From positions 124,001-188,000 of the forward strand of contig NW_005201732.1 in assembly GCF_000372725.1 (NCBI RefSeq): a stretch of DNA of 64,000 nucleotides, in the 5' to 3' direction. A program made the translations under genes and the position numbers. The notes below the pieces were generated by a model. It did no database searches, was not told the DNA's origin, and was given only the letters and a program-made list of their open reading frames with translations. Source of the DNA: Emiliania huxleyi CCMP1516 (Eukaryota). Of this stretch, positions 12,819-23,625 are shown one piece after another; positions within the stretch are counted from its first letter, which is position 1; each line of letters opens with the position of its first letter.

Positions 12819-13727
12819 ATGGCGGGCATCCGATACACCGTGTTTTGGGACTATGAAAATCAACCCGGTCATCCGGCCCACGCGTCCCAAGCCGTGGCAG
12901 ATGCAGTGAATTCATTGGGCGCCAACGTTTGTGAGGAGCGACGCCTGTATTCTGACCCTCACATCAGCAATGTGGCACTCAGCAGGCATGCAAATGACCT
13001 AACTTGTTGGACGCAAGTTGAATGCCCGCACCATAAGAAGAAGGAAGTCGTCGATAAGCGGATTATCGCAGACATGTTCTTATTTGCGCTGACAGCACGA
13101 GCTCCCGGGACGTGCGTGGTGTTGATTTCCAGTGATGGCGACTACGCCTACTCGTTGGGCAAGCTACGAGAGCATGGGTGCCGCATCGTCGTTCTCGTCG
13201 ATCACCAGAGCTCGGAGCAGCTCAGGCCCGTGGCAGACATCGTTCGCCCATTCACAGTGGAGCGCTTGCCCGACTCTGCGACAAGGCCCAGCAAACGCCC
13301 ACACGCCGAGTGCGCAGCGGCTTCTGCAACTTCAGATGGTGGGATACTTGCGACGAGCATCCAAGGGCCGGTCGGCAGCGCATTTACAGGTGGTGTCTTC
13401 CAATGTGTCGTTCACCTGCCTGAACGCTTCCCAGAGCAACCTCCGATGGTGAAGATGCGCACGAAAATCTACCATCCCAACATCGATGGTCAGACTGGCA
13501 GTGTGCTGCTTGCGAACTGGTCGCCTTCGGTGCTGGTCGAAAAATCGATCGCGCAGGTGGTGGCAGAGCTGCTCGCCAACCCCATGCTCGGACAGACTAG
13601 TCCCAGCGAGGCGTTGAATCCGAAGACGGCAAAGACGTTCCTGCGGGACCCTCGCAAATTCAAACAGACAGCAGCGGAGTGGGTGCGGTTGTATGCAACG
13701 CCATCCAGCAGCAAGGCACCGTGTTGA
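12819..13727 (+). CDS. intronless fusion of a NYN (Limkain-b1/MARF1-type PIN-like RNase) domain with a UBC/E2-like domain lacking the catalytic Cys
   Basis: NYN motifs VFWDYEN, KEVVDKRIIADM and VVLISSDGDY. E2 fold IQGPVGSAFTGGVF...FPEQPPMVKMRTKIYHPNIDGQTGSVLLANWSP...AAEWVRLYA. Confidence 0.85.
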   Translation: MAGIRYTVFWDYENQPGHPAHASQAVADAVNSLGANVCEERRLYSDPHISNVALSRHANDLTCWTQVECPHHKKKEVVDKRIIADMFLFALTARAPGTCVVLISSDGDYAYSLGKLREHGCRIVVLVDHQSSEQLRPVADIVRPFTVERLPDSATRPSKRPHAECAAASATSDGGILATSIQGPVGSAFTGGVFQCVVHLPERFPEQPPMVKMRTKIYHPNIDGQTGSVLLANWSPSVLVEKSIAQVVAELLANPMLGQTSPSEALNPKTAKTFLRDPRKFKQTAAEWVRLYATPSSSKAPC

Positions 13728-13915
13728 TATCTCTTCGCTGGAGACTACCGACTGTGTGAGTGAGAGAGAGATTGGTTTTGTCCGTACTGTTGATGTGTAC
13801 CACACGTGCATGATTCTCGCGTGCCTGGCACACGCCGCTCGCTCGTAGCAGCTCGCTCCGCACCGCAAGTCGGGGGGGGGGGGGGGTCGGTAGCTGTCGC
13901 GTGTCGGTTGGCATC

Positions 13916-14000
13916 GAAAAAGAAAGAAAGAAAACACAAAACCAAGGATGGGAGGACAGCACGCCGCCACCACACAGGGATTTTAAGGAGAGAGGTGGTG
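13916..14000 (-). repeat. inverted copy of the 12401-12495 repeat end
   Basis: The reverse complement of 13946-13992 matches 12412-12458 with one mismatch, and the (tttc)n tail also matches. Confidence 0.85.
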
Positions 14001-14088
14001 GGAGAAGGACAGAGTCCCGCCTAAAATGATAAATGAATCATTTTTTTCTTCTCTATGTTCTAGGGCGGTGCGCGCCGGATCCGCAGCC

Positions 14089-16475
14089 ATGTTCTCCTCC
14101 ATGGTGAGCGCGGCTTCCAAGCTGGTCGCCGGTGCCAATCTGCCGTACGAACTCGGCGAGGAGTACGCCTCGTTTGCCGGAAAGACGCCGTGGCGGCTGT
14201 ACGCCGGCAAGTCGCGGAAGCTGGAGTGCGACGTCACGGTGTTCCTGTACGACATCAAGAAGGGGACGGACGCGCAGACCGAGCTGGCGCGCAACGCGAT
14301 GCGCCGGTACCGCACGCTCAAGCACCCGTACTGCGTCAAGTGCCTCGACGCGGGAGAGCTCGCCGACAACGGGCTCATCTTTCTGCTGACAGAGCCGGTG
14401 ACGCCGCTGGCAGACGCACTCGCGGAGCTGTCGAGGACGCCGTCGTCCCTCGTGTGGGGCCTCTACACCCTCGCCGCCGCCGTCAACTTCCTCTCCATCG
14501 ACTGCAAGATGGTGCACGGAATGGCGCGCCCTGCAGATGCGCCGAGAAACCGCAAAATCGCTGCACCTCTCACCGCCGCGCTGGACTCGCCCGCTCGGGA
14601 GAGGGCAGGCCCGCGTGCACACGGCTCCACCGCGAGCCCCCTCCCCCTGGAAAGGTGTCCCTCTCCTCCATCTTCGTCGACAAGGGGATGGACTGGAAGG
14701 CGAGACGCACCTCCCACTCTCTCTGCTCTCGAGCACTGCACTGCCCGCGCTCCCGACCGCCTCCCTCCCCCCACGCTCTCTCTCCCTCCCTCTGCACTCC
14801 CTCTGCACTCTCTCTGACTCACCCCCCTCTGACTCCCTCTCCCCACCCGGCCGACAGCTCGGCGGATTCGAGATGGCCATCGAGGCCAGCCGCGCTGCCC
14901 TGTCCCGCCCTCTCGCCCTGTCCCGCCCTCTCGCCCTGTCCCGCCCTCTCACCCTGTCCCGCCCTCTCGCCCTGTCCCGCCCTCTCGGCCCGACACGTCC
15001 GTGACACGGCCACGGGGAGCACCTGTCCGCAGGCGGCCCCGCGCAGAGTCTCTGCTCCCCCCCCCCTCCTCCTTCTGACTGCTCTCCCTTCCCCCTCCCT
15101 GCAGGCGGACCGTGCCGACATGGCCTACTACGGTCGCGCGAGAGAAGCGCTGCCGAAGCGATACCAGGCTTGCAGCGCTCCGCCCGCCCGCCCGCCCTCC
15201 CCTCCCTCGCCCCTCCTCCCAAGCTAGCTCCTCCCTCCCTCTTACCTCTGCTCCTCTCTACCTCTCCATCTCTCAGCAGCCCCCCAACTCTCCACCTCTC
15301 TACCTCTCCAGCCCCCCCCAAGCTAGCTCCTTGGCTCTCCTCTCTCTCTCTCTCTCCCGCCCCTCCCCCGCCCCTCCACCGCCCCTCCCTCCCCCCACCG
15401 CCGCCTCTGCAGTCACCGGAGCTTGCCCGCGGAAACATCGACGTGCTGCGCAACTTGCCCGTCGCCGCAGACTGGTGGGCGCTCGGCTGCACCATGCCCC
15501 GGGCTTGCTAGATGGCAAGGGGGCANNNNNNNNNNNNNNNNNNNNNNNNNNNNNNNNNNNNNNNNNNNNNNNNNNNNNNNNNNNNNNNNNNNNNNNNNNN
15601 NNNNNNNNNNNNNNNNNNNNNNNNNNNNNNNNNNNNNNNNNNNNNNNNNNNNNNNNNNNNNNNNNNNNNNNNNNNNNNNNNNNNNNNNNNNNNNNNNNNN
15701 NNNNNNNNNNNNNNNNNNNNNNNNNNNNNNNNNNNNNNNNNNNNNNNNNNNNNNNNNNNNNNNNNNNNNNNNNNNNNNNNNNNNNNNNNNNNNNNNNNNN
15801 NNNNNNNNNNNNNNNNNNNNNNNNNNNNNNNNNNNNNNNNNNNNNNNNNNNNNNNNNNNNNNNNNNNNNNNNNNNNNNNNNNNNNNNNNNNNNNNNNNNN
15901 NNNNNNNNNNNNNNNNNNNNNNNNNNNNNNNNNNNNNNNNNNNNNNNNNNNNNNNNNNNNNNNNNNNNNNNNNNNNNNNNNNNNNNNNNNCTTTTGCGGC
16001 GAGATTCGCTCGCCCGCCGACCTCAAGAAGATTGGCGACATGCCCGAGCACCTCAAGAACGACTACATGCGCCTGCTGTCTGCGAACACCGCGCAGCGGC
16101 TGCGCCCAATTGAGCTTCTGCAGAACGGTTCGCGGCCTTCTTCCTCGGCACTGCTCCCCGCCGCCTCCTCACCTCCCTCCCCCCCCCGCCTCTTCTAGGC
16201 GTCTTCGATGACGACTACGTCCCTCCCCCCCCCGTGGCGAGGAGACAGCCTGCGGGGGAAAGGCTCTCCACGCTGTGCTTGTGTGGTGGTAGGTCTCCCT
16301 CCACCTCTTCCTCGAGACTCAATGAAGTAAAATTGTACTTATGAAATGGAACTCTCAATGCATGTAGGTCTCCCTCCACCTCTTCCTCGAGACTCTCAAC
16401 GTCAAGGATGCCGTCGAGAAGGAGACCGCTCCCGCCAGCCGCAGCCTCTCTCCCGCCCCGCTCTCGCCGCCTCTC

Positions 16476-16540
<65 letters not shown>

Positions 16541-19500
16541 CTCTCTTTCTCTCCTCCCTCTCCCTCTCTCTCTCCCGTTCCCANNNNNNNNNNNNNNNNN
16601 NNNNNNNNNNNNNNNNNNNNNNNNNNNNNNNNNNNNNNNNNNNNNNNNNNNNNNNNNNNNNNNNNNNNNNNNNNNNNNNNNNNNNNNNNNNNNNNNNNNN
16701 NNNNNNNNNNNNNNNNNNNNNNNNNNNNNNNNNNNNNNNNNNNNNNNNNNNNNNNNNNNNNNNNNNNNNNNNNNNNNNNNNNNNNNNNNNNNNNNNNNNN
16801 NNNNNNNNNNNNNNNNNNNNNNNNNNNNNNNNNNNNNNNNNNNNNNNNNNNNNNNNNNNNNNNNNNNNNNNNNNNNNNNNNNNNNNNNNNNNNNNNNNNN
16901 NNNNNNNNNNNNNNNNNNNNNNNNNNNNNNNNNNNNNNNNNNNNNNNNNNNNNNNNNNNNNNNNNNNNNNNNNTCCTCTCCCGCAGGTCCTCCCCGCGCT
17001 GACAAACGCGCTCGAGTACGGCGGCGCCTCGGCCAAGGACTCCGTACACCGAGGGCACACCTCGCCTCGCCGCGAGGACCTCGCACCGACGGCACGACTT
17101 GTTGCTGCCAGGCGCTCGAGCCGCTGCTGCGGATCGCCAAGGACGGCCTGTCGGAGGAGGACATGCAGTCACAGGCCACCTCCCTGCCGTGGCCCCGCCT
17201 CGTCGCGACCACGGACGACCCCTTCTCTCCCCTCCTCACGCCGTCCCAGGTCGTGCCCACCGTTGTCAAGCTCTTCGCGAACACGGACCGCTCGATGCGC
17301 ATCCCGCTGCTGCAGACCCTGCCCGCGCTGATGGAGCACCTGTCGGCGCGCGTCATCAACGAGACCGTCTTCGGCCTCGCCTCGCAGACACGTCGCAGAC
17401 ACGTCTACCCACCCCGCGGCGAGGCCTCGCTCCCCCCCCTCCTTAGGCCACGTCTCGCTCGGCTTCGCAGACACGTCGCCCGTGCTGCGCGAGCTCACGG
17501 TCAAGCCGATGGTCGCCAAGTCGACGGTTGCCAAGTCTCTTCACACCCCCTCCTCCTGGGAGCAGGTCAAGTCGATGGTTGCCCTCGCGCCGAAGCTCTC
17601 TCGCGGCAACATGGGGCAGGCGCACAGCCTACCGCCACCACTAGCCGGCAAGGGGGCGAGAGGCGCACACACACCGCGTGCCCGCAAGGTGATGCGCGCC
17701 TTCGCCAAGCTGCAGCTCGACGAGGAGGCCGCCATCCGAACCAACACGACCATCTGCCTCGGCGAGCAACCCCTCCCCCCCCCCCCTCCCTCCCCCGCGG
17801 CGACTAGCTCGGAGCGACCTCGGCGACATCTCTCGGCGCCTCTCGGTCGCAGGCAAGATCGCCGTCCACCTCGACGCGAGTGAGAGGGAGCGCGTCCTCA
17901 TCCCCGCCTTCACGCGATCCCTCAAGGACCCCTTCCCGCCCGGCCGCAACGCCGGCCTCCTCTCCTTCTCGGCGACGCAGCAGTACTACAAGCCCATCGA
18001 CGCCGCGACGCGCGTCCTCGCCGCCGTCGCGCCGATGGTGCTTGACCCGGAGCGAGAGGTGCGGACTCGCCCCGGACTCGCCCAGACCCGCCGAGACCCG
18101 CCGAGACGCCGAGACCCGCCGAGATTCGCCGAGATTCGCCGGTGGCGCTCGGCCAAAGGAGGAGGGGTGCGCGAGCCTCGCCGACGCAGCCCACAGCGCT
18201 GCACTCGTTCACCTTGCCGCCTTGCCGCTCGAATCCGCCGCCACGGCCCCCCCACTGTACGCTCGAGGGCGCATGGCCGTCGAGAGCTGCCGCAGCGTGC
18301 CGCAGCGTGATGCGCTGCCCTCACGCTCCCGCTGCACACCGGCAGGTGCGCGAGACCGCGCTCGGCTGCCTGCGCGCCTACATGCTCAAGCTCGAGCAGG
18401 CCTCGCCGCCGGGCACGGACGACCCAACCGGGACATGTCCGTGACGTGTCCCGCGGGGCATGTCCTCTAGGCGTCCGCGGCCGTGGGCAAGCCTCCGGGC
18501 GAGGCGTCCTCGGCCGACGCCGACGCCGCGGACGACGCCGTCTCCAAGGCGGCGGACACGGTCCTCAAGTCGATGAATTGGCTCACCTCGGCCGCCGCAA
18601 AGGCGGTCGGAGCGCCGCAGCAGTCCGCCGCGCTGACGGCGGNNNNNNNNNNNNNNNNNNNNNNNNNNNNNNNNNNNNNNNNNNNNNNNNNNNNNNNNNN
18701 NNNNNNNNNNNNNNNNNNNNNNNNNNNNNNNNNNNNNNNNNNCGGCGGCGGCGGCGGCGGCGGCGGCGGCGCGGGCATGGGCGGGAGGCCGCCTCCCCCC
18801 CCTCCCCCGAATGGCGTGCCGCTGCAGCCGGCGCCAACCTCGTACGCGCCTCCGCCGACGGCGGTGAAGGCGGCGGCGAGCACGGATCTGGGCGGCTGGG
18901 GAGATGACGATCTCGGCAACGCCTTCTCCAGTCCCGCGCCGGCGAGCAAGCCGCCGCCGAAGCCCGCTTGCGGCGGCGTGGCGGCGGGCGGCGCGGCGGG
19001 CGGCGCCAAGCCGGCGGGAGGCAGCGGCGACTTTGTCGCGTCGAAGCCGAAGCCGGCAGCCGCGGACCCGTTTGCGTCGCTCAGCCTCGGGGGGCCCAAG
19101 GCGGCGGCGGCGGCGACGTCGAGCGGCGGGATCGGAGCCCTGAAGGCGCCCGCTCCGGCGCCGATGGGCGGCGGGATGGGCGGGATGGGCGGCAGCATGG
19201 GAGGGATGGGCGGGATGGGCGGGAGTGGCGGCGTGGGGAGGAGCGGAGCGGGCGGGATGGGAGGGATGGGAGGGATGGGAGGGATGGGCGGGCAAATGGG
19301 AGGAGCGAGGCCGATGGGCGCGACGAGCGGGCCAATGGGCGGCGGGCCCATGGGCGGCCCCATGAGCGGGTCGATGGGGCAGATGGGGTGCGGCTGCGGG
19401 CGATCGGTTGCCGCGCGTTGTGAACAGCGTCTCTTCACACGTACAGCTGTGAACAGGTGCGGCCCGATGGGCGGCGGCCCGATGGGGGCAGCCGCGCCGA

Positions 19501-19664
19501 GCGGCGGCAACATGATGAACTTCGGGTCTGCCGCCGCCAAGCCGCCAAACGCCTTCGATTCGCTCGACCCGCTGGCTATGATGGCCGCTGGCAAACCAAA
19601 GAAGGCTGGCGGTGCGATAGCGGCGAAGAAGTCGAATGACGACTGGGGCGACAACCCGTGGTAG
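14089..19664 (+). CDS. SCYL1: SCY1-like pseudokinase with HEAT repeats and a low-complexity C-terminus, many introns, spanning three assembly gaps
   Basis: ARNAMRRYRTLKHP, TEPVTPL, WGLYTLAAAVNFL..MVHG, VVKLFANTDRSMRIPLL, RELTVKSMVALAPKL, QLDEEAAIRTNTTICLGKI, LIPAFTRSLKDPFPPGRNAG and LDPEREVRETAL. Stop at 19664. Confidence 0.88.
15526..15990. other. assembly gap (N run); further gaps at 16584-16973 and 18643-18742
   Basis: Runs of n in the sequence. Confidence 1.
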
Positions 19665-20105
19665 CTGCGAGGGACTTGTGAGTTGGTCTATGCCCCAGAT
19701 CGAGATCTCTCTCTTGCAAGTGTTGCGAATGCGGCGTTGCACGGCTGTATCTCATTGGCGTGTGGGTGGGGGCCCGTGAGCCGTATGTGCACTGCGGGTG
19801 TCTCGCTCACGAACACCTTCTGAGCCACACCACGCCGCATGAACACGCCAAACAAAATTGTGCCCTATTTTATGTAGCCTATGTGCGTCTCGTGTCTCTC
19901 GTCTACAGACACCGAAGTTTGCAAAAGAAATCGTGATGCAGTGCCGGGTCGGGTGCGCGTGCGGCGGAGAGTGTGGGAGAGCGAGAGGCCGCCCGAAGTG
20001 CTCAGCGTGCTCAGTGGAGAGCGTCGGCTCCACGACCGAGACACAGACCACGACCCACGTGGCGGCGGCGGCGTGCGCGTGTTTTGCGCGTGCTGAGATT
20101 CATCC

Positions 20106-21647
20106 TCACAGCTCATCGCGACTCCGGGCCGCAGCATGGTCGTACGTCGCGGTGGCGGAGGCGTCCGTCTCACTATCCCACGCGCCCCGCCCCGCGAGCA
20201 GGTTCTCGACCGTGACGCGGAGGTGCTCCTCCATCGTCGTCGCGCTGTACAGGGCGGGCGACTCGGGCGTGACGAACTCCTCCATCGGCGCGATGCGTGT
20301 GTGCGCCGCCAGCGCGCAGAAGCGGATGATCGAGTAGCGCTCGCCGCCTCCCGCGCCGTCGAGCGGCACGCGGTGCGGCGTCGCGCGCAACACGCCATTC
20401 GTCATCCTCTCGAGAACGTCGCCTGCGGACGTGTCGCGGACGCGTCGCGGACGTGTGAGTGCGCGCTGCCGCCGCTCCGCTCGAGCGCAGCGCTCGCCGA
20501 GGATGACCACAAGCGCGTCGGGCCGCACCGGCGCCACCGCCCACCGTCCAGACACGTCGCGCAGCTCGAGCCCTTCTGCGCTCTGGTGCATGAGTGTCAG
20601 CGCCTCGTAGTCGGTGTGGGCCTACTCACTCACTAGCTATTGAATCAATCATCACTCACTAGTTAATCTCACCTCGGAGTCGGTTGTGGGCCCCGATCCC
20701 GACGTGCGGGCCGCCGCCGCCGACACCGTCGCCGCCGCCGCTGGCACCATCGCCGCCGCCGCCGACACCATCGCCGCCGCCGCTGGCACCATCGCCGCCG
20801 CCGCCGACACCATCGCCGCCGCCGCTGGCACCATCGCCGCCGCCGCCGACACCATCGCCGCCGCCGCTGGCACCATCGCCGCCGCCGCCGACACCATCGC
20901 CGCCGCCGACGCCGCTGATGTTGCGGGCGGCCGCCTCGGATGCGGGCGGGTACCGCATCAGCCGCACCGTGCCGAGCTCGCCGTCGGCAAGGTGGCGCGT
21001 GAAGGCGTCCGGCGGAAGGCCGAGCACCTGCGAGAAGGTTCCGAGAAGGCTCGGGGAAGGCTCCGCACGCGCGCCTCCTGTCGAGTGGCGCCGAGACCTC
21101 GCCAATCGCCTCGAGCAGCGCCGCCGCGAGCGTCTGCTGCCGGTCGTACAGGTCGCCCACCACATCCTCGAACCGCGGTGAGAGCAGCTCGGGGCCTGGG
21201 TACTTTCCGCTGCCGCCGCCCTCGTCGCCGCCGCCGCTGCCTCCAGCCGAGGCCGGCGAGCCGGCGCACTGGGCCGCGACAAAGGCGTTTGGCTCGCGTG
21301 AGTAGTCCCACGCCCGGAGGGATGGCAGCTTGCCAAGCTCGTGTACGTTGCCCAGCACGCCGGCGTCGGGGCCGGTGTAACCGCCGTGCGGCCGTGAGTG
21401 GCGTCGCTTGACGGCCGGTGGGAGCGCGTGTGCCCGCCTGCTAAAGTTGTACATGCTCGCGATGTACGACTCGTTGAAGAGCTCGCCGACTCCAGCGCAG
21501 GCCGCGGGTCACGATCGCATCTCGGAGGTCATCGAGCGCCGCGGTGCGAGGCGCGAGATCGTCCCTCAGTAGCGAGCCGCAATCGACGGTCGGCCAGGTG
21601 GAGGAGCTGGCGTCGACCGTGGAGGCGAGAAGGGTCAATGGAAGCAT
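20106..21647 (-). CDS. 2OG-Fe(II) oxygenase (isopenicillin N synthase-like), with signal peptide and C-terminal RDEL
   Basis: Start MLPLTLLAST, then VRLMRYPP. IG|AHTDYEALTL gives the HxD motif across intron 20622-20691. Then GDVLERMTNGVLRATPHRV and RYS. Ends SRDEL*. Confidence 0.85.
20712..20910. repeat. 36-bp tandem repeat (GGGDGASGGGDGV-like on the minus strand) within the oxygenase gene
   Basis: About 5 copies of gccgccgccgccgacaccatcgccgccgccgctggcaccatc-type units. Confidence 0.85.
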
Positions 21648-21731
21648 GGTGGCTGGGGGTGCGGCCAGCTGGGCGCGGCGGGCGGCGGTCAGCGACTGGG
21701 GGCGCGTTTTTTTTCCGGGGTACATGTCGGT

Positions 21732-22098
21732 CCGAATGGATTTCGACCCTCGAACAACGGGATGTTGGGCCCAGGCGTGTACGTCAGCCAGGACATCAAC
21801 AAGGCGCGCCCATATGGCGATGGCACCATCCTCACGGTGAGTGTCAACACCGGCGTCGTCAAGATGATCACCAGGCCGCAAGATCGAGACGGCACGTGGC
21901 AGTTGGCGGTATGTACCATATAGCGCGTGGGTGAAGCCGGGTGTTCAGCCGAGCGGCGAGGAGCACTGTGTGCGCGACTCGCGGCGAATCAAGGTGCTCA
22001 AGGTAGGTGATAAAAAGCGGCTGATGGACGCCCTCCTGCCCCCCCGGCAATCGATCAGACGTGGACGGATTGGGCACAAAAACGCGGAGGACAAATGA
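21732..22098 (+). pseudogene. Gig2-like / PARP-fold ADP-ribosyltransferase gene fragment
   Basis: Manual translation from 21732 gives PNGFRPSNNGMLGPGVYVSQDINKARPYGDGTILTVSVNTGVVKMITRPQDRDGTWQ. After a frameshift at ~21910 it reads SAWVKPGVQPSGEEHCVRDSRRIKVL...*. The N-terminal YHGT motif is absent. Confidence 0.7.
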
Positions 22099-23320
22099 TA
22101 CGGCTCATCAGCACACGCACATGCACATGCACATGCACAAGTGTCAAGTTCATGATCTTTGTTGGTGACCTTTTGCTCGGGTCAAAACGTATCGAGGCCA
22201 TGGATTTCTGCATACTTTTATTTACATGTACATGTAGATCCGCTTTCGTGATCTTTGTTGGTGACCTTATGCAGTCAGCCAGTCAGTCATGCAGTCAGTC
22301 TTACCGTCACCTCGTAGCACCGAGGACGGGCCCACACGCACACAGGTGACCTTTGCTCGGGTGTCAAAACGTATCGAGGCTTTAATACGTTGCGTTCACG
22401 ACTGTCCGTGCGTGTGATCTGGGCCCGGAGATGTGCTTTGTGTGAACGAAAAACTTGATGTCAAAAAGGATACGCCGGCGGCGCGACCGCATTCCCCGCA
22501 TCCGGTCCGATGCACGAACTGATGACTAAATTGAGACTCTCTGTGTCTTATCTCGACTTGCACTCTCAACTCGCTGAGGGCAGTCGACACAACTCCCGGT
22601 GCGCCATGGCCTCCGTTGCAGTGGCGGTGCGGGCTGCAGGGGGCGGCCCTCAACGTGTGGCCAGAGTGATCGCAGCTCCCTCTAGGGAGGAGACTGGAGA
22701 GGAGTGCGCTGAGGGCTGTAGATCCTGTGGCCTTGGGCCCTGCGGCGGCCTCTCTCTCGAGGTCTCGAGATTACAAAGCGGCCAAGGCCAATTTGACAAT
22801 GTTCGACTTTTAGCCCCCCGCTACCCGGTTGCACTCGTGCGACGTAGCGTAGGGGCACAACTACGTTTACGAAAACATAAGTAGTCCCGCGAGGTGTGAA
22901 TTGGCCGCCCCAGTAGCCCCCTATTCCAATTGCTTGATTTTGCGGCGCGTCCCCGAGCGTCCAAACTTGTTTGGGCGCGAACCGTATCTCGCAACGAATC
23001 TCGCCGGCCTCACCGGCCCTCTTTGCTTTGACCGACGCTACCGTCCGCTCGACTGGCCGATGAAGAGCGACCCGTACGACGCGCACTTGTCGTCCTCCCT
23101 CCTCGCCACATGACGGCCGCCCTCCGACACCGACAGTCGCGCTCCGCACGCCTTCGAGGTCAGCTGCGGCCGAGCGACGATCGGCTCGCTCCGATCGCTG
23201 GGCGCGGTCACTCTCCGGCCCATCACCCGCCTGCCGATCACCTGTCCGCCTCGCCGCGCGCGGGCCGCTCGCCTGCTCGCCACCGCCGCCGCGCGTCCCC
23301 GCGCCGCCACGCTTCCCTGT

Positions 23321-23625
23321 GCACCTGACCGCGCTCGAGCTGCGCACAGACGGCGCGCTCTGGCAGACAGAGCAGCGGCCGCCCAGGCGGTCGCTGCTCC
23401 GCCCCGTCCGAATCCGTCCGCCCGCGCGTGCCGCTGCCGCCGCCGCCGCCGCCGCCACCGCCGCCGCGTTTCCCCGCGCCGCCACGCGTCCTCGCACCTG
23501 ACCGCGCTCGAGCTGCGCAGGCAGACGGCGCGCTCTGGCAGACAGAGCAGCGGCCGCCCAGGCAGTCGCTGCTCCGCCCCGTCCGAATCCGTCCGCCCGC
23601 GCGTGCTGCTGCCGCCGCCGCCACC
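23321..23625. repeat. ~175-bp direct tandem duplication
   Basis: gcacctgaccgcgctcgagctgcgca...ctctggcagacagagcagcggccgcccaggc..gccccgtccgaatccgtccgcccgcgcgtg occurs at 23321 and 23494. Confidence 0.85.

Noticed and set aside
15112..17359. ORFs spanning X runs
   Set aside because: Artefacts of assembly gaps.
22095..22400. Short duplicated segments (gatctttgttggtgacctt, tcaaaacgtatcgaggc)
   Set aside because: Local degenerate duplications without TIR, TSD or coding signal.
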